Assembly: GCA_963674745.2 (NCBI GenBank) | Contig: CAXXDV010000003.1 | Span: forward strand, 1,440,001 to 1,504,000 | Reading direction: 5' to 3' | DNA: 64,000 bases | Source of the DNA: Desulfosudaceae bacterium | GTDB taxonomy: Bacteria > Desulfobacterota > Desulfobacteria > Desulfobacterales > Desulfosudaceae | Shown: piece after piece, positions 59,234 to 64,000 of the stretch | Numbering within the stretch: position 1 is the first letter of the stretch | Layout of the letters: the number at the start of each line of letters is the position of its first letter | Translations under genes and position numbers: made by a program | Notes under the pieces: generated by a model | What the model was told of the DNA's origin: nothing | Database searches by the model: none | Seen by the model: only the letters and a program-made list of their open reading frames with translations

Positions 59234-59584
59234 ATGGAAATGGGGGAAAAGATGGAAACGAAAGACAATCAGCGGGACCGGTTACGTGTACCTTTTGTGA
59301 CGGAGGTGCTTCTCAAATTTGACCAACTTGATACCATTATATCCGCCAAAATGAAAAACATCAGCATGAACGGCATTTATGTGGAAACCGACCGAAAAGT
59401 GCCGGAAAAAACCCCGTGCCAGGTTGAGGTCATCCTCAAAGCGGAGCACAGCCGGCTCACCATGGAAACCGAAGGGTTTGTTTCCCGGCAGGACCCTGAT
59501 GGTCTCGGCATCCGGTTTTCATACGACAATGAATGGTTCTCACTGTTTGCGGTGTTTGAACATTATGGTCGCACGGATAAGTAA
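59234..59584 (+). CDS. PilZ-domain protein
   Basis: QRDRLR (RxxxR) and NISMNG. Confidence 0.85.
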   Translation: MEMGEKMETKDNQRDRLRVPFVTEVLLKFDQLDTIISAKMKNISMNGIYVETDRKVPEKTPCQVEVILKAEHSRLTMETEGFVSRQDPDGLGIRFSYDNEWFSLFAVFEHYGRTDK

Positions 59585-59643
59585 TCCGTCCGAGCACCTG
59601 ACTGCCACCTATAATGAACCCACTTTGAGTGAGCGTTCCAAAC

Positions 59644-60261
59644 ATGCTAATGATCCGGCTTGATGTCTGGCTGACATTACCATCAGGGGAAAGTGTCAAG
59701 GCGGGCAGCCTGGTTGTCGCTGATCCTGACACTGCGAAAGGTGGACGGTTGCAGGGACAGTTCCGCTACACTCCCGGATACCTGGAACACCCCGGGGCTT
59801 TTGCCCTCGATCCCCTCAACCTGCCTTTGTCCGCGGAAAACTTTGATGCCAACCGCCCCCGGGCCGGCGTCCATGGCGTTTTTGAAGACAGCTTGCCGGA
59901 TGACTGGGGTCGGAGGCTCATGATCCGCCGTTACAATCTAAATCGCGATGAAGCGCGTGTCCCCAATCTATTACGGCTGCTGGGCGGCAAGGGGTTGGGA
60001 CCGCCGAATCTTGAAACGCTGCTGACCGAATCAAAGTACTTTGGAATCAAAAGACGGCAGGAAGCACTAAATAAAATTATGGAAATTCATGCAGCCGTCT
60101 TGCAATGGCCCGACATTTTCAGAGAATGCCATGTACCGGCAAGGGATGGTCTTGGACCGACCCCAAAAACTATCTTCTACGGCCTACCATCAAGCTTGTG
60201 GCAAACATATGGTGCTATCCCTCATGGATACTGTTGTGGTATGCTACCCTTAAGTACATGA
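59644..60261 (+). pseudogene. hipA: HipA-family toxin remnant (N-terminal domain joined to C-terminus; kinase core deleted)
   Basis: FRYTPGYL...ALDP..LPL, FEDSLPDDWGRRL, then a jump to a C-terminal-like helix; no kinase motifs; no hipB. Confidence 0.75.
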
Positions 60262-60307
60262 AGCATCTTCAGTGAGAGAGGGCCTTGAGACAATAGGAAT
60301 TATTTTC

Positions 60308-61507
60308 ATGAAGACAAATGATTCAATTTTATTCAGTCCCGGGAAGATCGGCGACATAACGATCAAGAACCGGTTTGTCCGTTCTGCAACATTTGAGAGC
60401 GTCGCCAATGATGACGGCTCGGCAACCGGGGCATATCAGAAAATCTATGAATCGCTGGCGCGGGGTCATACCGGCCTGATCATTACGGGCATGATATACA
60501 CCGCCACAAGCGGTAAAAGCTTTGTCAAACAAATCGGCCTTCACAGCGACAAGACAATTGATCGCCTTTCGGCAGTGACCGAAGCGGTACACCGGCATGG
60601 ATCCGTCATTTTCGCTCAACTGGTCCACGGCGGGCGTCAGACCCAGCTCCAGGGCATGCGCCCCAAGGCACCGTCTGCCGCCAGGCCGGATCTGATTTAT
60701 CAGGTGTATCCGCGTGCCATGAGGTATGAAGAAATTGTCGAAGCGGTGAAGGGGTTCGGGGAGGCGGCAAAAAGGGCCCAAAAAGCAGGGTTTGACGGTA
60801 TTCAGATTCATGGCGCCCATGGTTATCTGGTAAGTGAATTTCTTTCTCCCTTTTTTAATCGGCGAAACGATGAATGGGGCGGCAGCCCGGAAAAGTGGTT
60901 TCTCTTCCTGAAAAGGGTTTACGAGACGATACGGGAGGCTGTCGGGGCGGATTATCCCGTTACCGTGAAGATCAATGCGGACGACCATACGCCAAAGCCG
61001 GGTTTGTCCATTGAAGAGGTTACCGGGCATGTCAAGCGGCTGGTGGAATTGGGCATTGACGCGGTTGAGATTTCCTGCGGAACACTCTCCTTTTCCATGT
61101 TCAAGCAGATCCGCGGCAATGTGCAGGACAAGGCCTTTGCAAAAACAAAACCGTTACTGCTACAACCGTTTGCCGGCTTTTTGCTGAGAAACGTTTTCCC
61201 GGAAAAGCGATTTACCTTTGAAGAGGCCTACAATCTTTGGGCCTGCCGTTACCTTAAAGCGCCCATGGGGAAGGTTCCGCTCATTCTTGTCGGCGGGATG
61301 CGCAATTTTCAGGGAATGGAAAAGATAGTGAAGGAAGGCGAAGCGGATTTTATATCCATGTCCCGTCCATTTATCGCACAGCCCATGCTCGTTAAGCAAT
61401 GGGAGGAAGGCAATGAAAAACCGCCGGTGTGCATCAACTGCAACAATTGCCTGGGCGCCCTGGCATTGCATGAGCCATTACGTTGTGACAGGAACCGGAA
61501 ATTCTAA
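60308..61507 (+). CDS. NADH:flavin oxidoreductase (Old Yellow Enzyme family)
   Basis: KNRFVRSAT, QLVHGG, GFDGIQIHGAHGYL, C-terminal CINCNNC. Confidence 0.92.
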   Translation: MKTNDSILFSPGKIGDITIKNRFVRSATFESVANDDGSATGAYQKIYESLARGHTGLIITGMIYTATSGKSFVKQIGLHSDKTIDRLSAVTEAVHRHGSVIFAQLVHGGRQTQLQGMRPKAPSAARPDLIYQVYPRAMRYEEIVEAVKGFGEAAKRAQKAGFDGIQIHGAHGYLVSEFLSPFFNRRNDEWGGSPEKWFLFLKRVYETIREAVGADYPVTVKINADDHTPKPGLSIEEVTGHVKRLVELGIDAVEISCGTLSFSMFKQIRGNVQDKAFAKTKPLLLQPFAGFLLRNVFPEKRFTFEEAYNLWACRYLKAPMGKVPLILVGGMRNFQGMEKIVKEGEADFISMSRPFIAQPMLVKQWEEGNEKPPVCINCNNCLGALALHEPLRCDRNRKF

Positions 61508-61646
61508 AAGAGTGATTTGCGGGGACATTATATCTGTTTCAATTCTGTTTATCGCGGGAACAAGTATACTACCCCCTGATTCCCACCTTGCCCAAAGGGC
61601 AAGGGTTTCTATAATCGGACTAAAAAAGTTACGGGGCTTATAATAC

Positions 61647-62828
61647 ATGCCAGGATATACAAACGACTTTCTGGTCGAGAACTGTAATCAATGCGGCAAA
61701 TGCCTCTCCGGATGTCACTACGGCGTCTTTACGGCCAAGCAGGCCCGGGAAGTCATGCTGAAAATAACGGCAGCGCCGCAATGGGTTCCGGAACTGGCCG
61801 GCTGCATCCGCTGCGGCAAATGCGATCACCGCTGTCCCGATGATGCCCGGCCCAGCCACCTGATTCGGGAGTGTTGTGCAATGAAACGACGCGCCGATGG
61901 CAAAATCCCCTCTTCCATGGCTTACGCCATCAACGGTATGGGGCCGGAAGGATGGGGGCCGAATTTCTTTACGGATGTATACAAGGGCCTTGGCCCGGCG
62001 GACAAAAAAATCCTGCGCGATTGGGCGGCGCCCAAACAAAGCAAAGACCTCATCTTTGTCGGTTGTACCGACCGCATGATGCCGGCCGCGGTGGAGGGTT
62101 CTTTTGTTCTCCGCAACGCAGCCAAATTCGGTGGCCCGGACGATTGCTGCGGCGTCTGGGCCATCCAGGCCGGGCTGTTTGAGGAAGGCTATCGGATTGC
62201 CGAACGGCTCATCAACCGCCTCAAGGAAAATCGCTTCGACCGCCTTGTCGTCGGCTGCGGCCATTGCCAGAAAGTGCTCACCCGGATCCTGCCCGAAATG
62301 TTCAGCCTTGAACCGTCGTTTCCCATCATCAGCCTTTATGAATACTTTCTTGAATTGATCGAAAAAGGTCTCGCGAGCGTCACCCGCCCCCTGCGCGCTG
62401 AAGCGGCCATATCGGATGCCTGTTTCGGGTATGAGAACGGGACCGCTTACCTGGACGCGCTCCGCCATCTGGCCGCAGCCATCGGCCTGACCGTTTCCGA
62501 ATTGCCACACAACCGGGATGACGCCCTCTGCTGCGGATACGGTGGATTGTTCAATGACGGTAAAATAGCCGGGGTCATGAAAACGGCAATGATCAAGCGC
62601 AAGGACCTTGCGGCAAGCGGAAGGAAGCATGTGATCAGCTATTGCCCGGGGTGCCATCTTATGAACCACTATTTCCAGCCGGGATATAAATCTCATTATC
62701 TTCTGGAAGACGTTCTCACAGCCCTGGGGGACCCGGTCACCGCTCCGTTTTCCATTTTTTACAGGCGCCTGGCCCGGCCACGAATGGCCTGGGACCTCCT
62801 AAAAGTTTCTCCAAGCGCACTTCTGTAA
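61647..62828 (+). CDS. Fe-S oxidoreductase with CCG domains (HdrD/GlpC-like)
   Basis: CNQCGKCLSGC, CIRCGKCDHRCP, CCG twice, CPGC. Confidence 0.88.
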   Translation: MPGYTNDFLVENCNQCGKCLSGCHYGVFTAKQAREVMLKITAAPQWVPELAGCIRCGKCDHRCPDDARPSHLIRECCAMKRRADGKIPSSMAYAINGMGPEGWGPNFFTDVYKGLGPADKKILRDWAAPKQSKDLIFVGCTDRMMPAAVEGSFVLRNAAKFGGPDDCCGVWAIQAGLFEEGYRIAERLINRLKENRFDRLVVGCGHCQKVLTRILPEMFSLEPSFPIISLYEYFLELIEKGLASVTRPLRAEAAISDACFGYENGTAYLDALRHLAAAIGLTVSELPHNRDDALCCGYGGLFNDGKIAGVMKTAMIKRKDLAASGRKHVISYCPGCHLMNHYFQPGYKSHYLLEDVLTALGDPVTAPFSIFYRRLARPRMAWDLLKVSPSALL

Positions 62829-62924
62829 AGTTAGGGGATCCAACTCCCCATCTTCATCCATTTAATCTTAGTTTAACCTGCAGGAAATAAGTATAATGTC
62901 CCCGGATTTCGGCCGGATTTCGGC

Positions 62925-63419
62925 TTGAATCCACCGGGGCATGATGATATAAATTTTTCTGTTGAATTTCTTCCCATTGAGGCGGAATGCCTTAATTTTA
63001 TTAATGCTGATTTAATTTCAAAAGGCTTATCCCCTTTTCAGCCGGACAAAGCAGCTATCGCCTCAGGGAAAATAATGATTCAACAAATCAATGATTGCGT
63101 CCGCCGGGGAGAATCATTCGCGTTTGAAACAACATTCAGCGGCAAGGGATATGCAGAAAAAATCAGAAACTGGAAGTCGTTTGGCTATGAAGTTATCATC
63201 TACTATCTGAAACTGCCGACGGTGGATTTTGCCATCGAACGTGTGCGATTAAGGGTCTCGCAAGGCGGGCATAATGTGCCGGAAGATGTTATCCGGCGTC
63301 GATATGACAGGAGCTGGGAAAACTTTCAAAATATCTATAAACAACTGGCTGATTCATGGACGTTGATCGATACCACCGAAACGCTGCCAGTAATTATTGA
63401 AGAGTCCAGGAGACAATAA
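62925..63419 (+). pseudogene. Zeta-toxin/AAA_33-like ATPase lacking the N-terminal Walker A
   Basis: FINADLI, FAFETT, RVSQGGHNVPE present; the expected GPNGAGK(S/T) is absent. Confidence 0.7.
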
Positions 63420-63613
63420 TGGAAGAATACAGCGATTATTCTCTAATGGCACTAAAAGCGTTGCGCCGGGCTGCAGCCAAAGTGGCTGAAGACGCCATCC
63501 GCAAGAACTATAAAATCCCATACTGGGAAAACGGTAAAATTGTATATAAAACCCCCGAAATCCCCACCGAATTCTCTTCCAACGATTCTGTCGCAGAGCG
63601 TCAGGAATTATAG
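63419..63613 (+). CDS. Small hypothetical protein, likely partner of the zeta-toxin-like gene
   Basis: Start overlaps the upstream stop (TAATG); ALRRAAAKV...IPYWENGKIV. Confidence 0.6.
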   Translation: MEEYSDYSLMALKALRRAAAKVAEDAIRKNYKIPYWENGKIVYKTPEIPTEFSSNDSVAERQEL

Positions 63614-63653
63614 AAACGAATTTGCGCTATCGGGTATCACAGGTTCTCTTTAT

Positions 63654-63768
63654 CGGGTGCCACGGGCCAAGCGACAGCTTGCCCGTGCAAAACAATACCT
63701 TCCCTCGTCATTCCCCGACTTGATCGGGGAATCCAGCCCTGTAGGGTGGATAAGCGACAGCGCATCCA
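63654..63768. repeat. Cluster of three REP-like palindromes
   Basis: cacgggccaagc-gaca-gcttgcccgtg; CGTCattccccga-cttga-tcggggaatccag; GTAGggtggataagcgacagcgcatcca. Confidence 0.7.
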
Positions 63769-63801
63769 GGGCGAACAGGATTTCAAGGAGCTTTTTTTAA
63801 T

Positions 63802-64000
63802 ATGGATACGGATGATTTGTCGGATAAGGCCTATGACCTTATTGTTCAGGCCGCCCGGGTGTCTGATACCCTGAAAGCGGAGCTTGGCGCAATGAGCGCC
63901 AGGAGCCGGGACGAGAAAGAGTGGCTTAACAACGTGAGATCATGTCTTAGAAAAATTGCCGCAGACCCGCAGGATTATGTGGATTACTGGAATCTTGAAG
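63802..64000 (+). CDS. Hypothetical protein (3'-partial)
   Basis: AAGGAG then an open frame MDTDDLSDKAYDLIVQAA... running off the window end. Confidence 0.6.
   Translation, partial: MDTDDLSDKAYDLIVQAARVSDTLKAELGAMSARSRDEKEWLNNVRSCLRKIAADPQDYVDYWNLE

Noticed and set aside
61638..62696. 352-aa - strand ORF
   Set aside because: Antisense to the CCG Fe-S gene.

Overview
64 kb of bacterial chromosome, roughly 50% GC. Gene content suggests an anaerobic Desulfobacterota (deltaproteobacterial) sulfate reducer or syntroph; this is inference only. No rRNA, tRNA, CRISPR array or intact transposase was seen. Main blocks, in order: (1) a 5'-partial TPR + outer-membrane beta-barrel protein and an MMPL/RND permease; (2) a glycyl-radical-enzyme (GRE) locus I cannot assign to a known class, comprising enoyl-CoA hydratase, a non-PFL GRE (GCLEN / RVTGY), an activating enzyme and a tandem PNPOx-like protein, bracketed by octamer-periodic and REP-like palindromes; (3) an MCP divergent from a selenocysteine (UGA + SECIS) Tat-exported formate dehydrogenase operon with an NrfD/HybB-type anchor; (4) a small binding-protein/porin pair, a signal-peptide-bearing Ni-SOD, and WD40/HEAT proteins; (5) three unrelated exported proteins sharing a short C-terminal 'CFIxT' tail with no membrane anchor, a candidate sorting signal; (6) PAS hybrid kinases and GGDEF/EAL/PilZ signalling genes; (7) a radical-SAM/haloalkane-dehalogenase(OleB)-like fusion carrying a frame-compensated 56-bp duplication, followed by an orphan ChlI/ChlD chelatase pair enclosed by inverted REP doublets; (8) a distal region with three broken genes (D-aminoacylase, HipA, zeta-toxin-like). 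The best candidates for new biology are the GRE locus, the rSAM-hydrolase fusion and the truncated CFI tail. All family calls come from motif recognition, not database searches.
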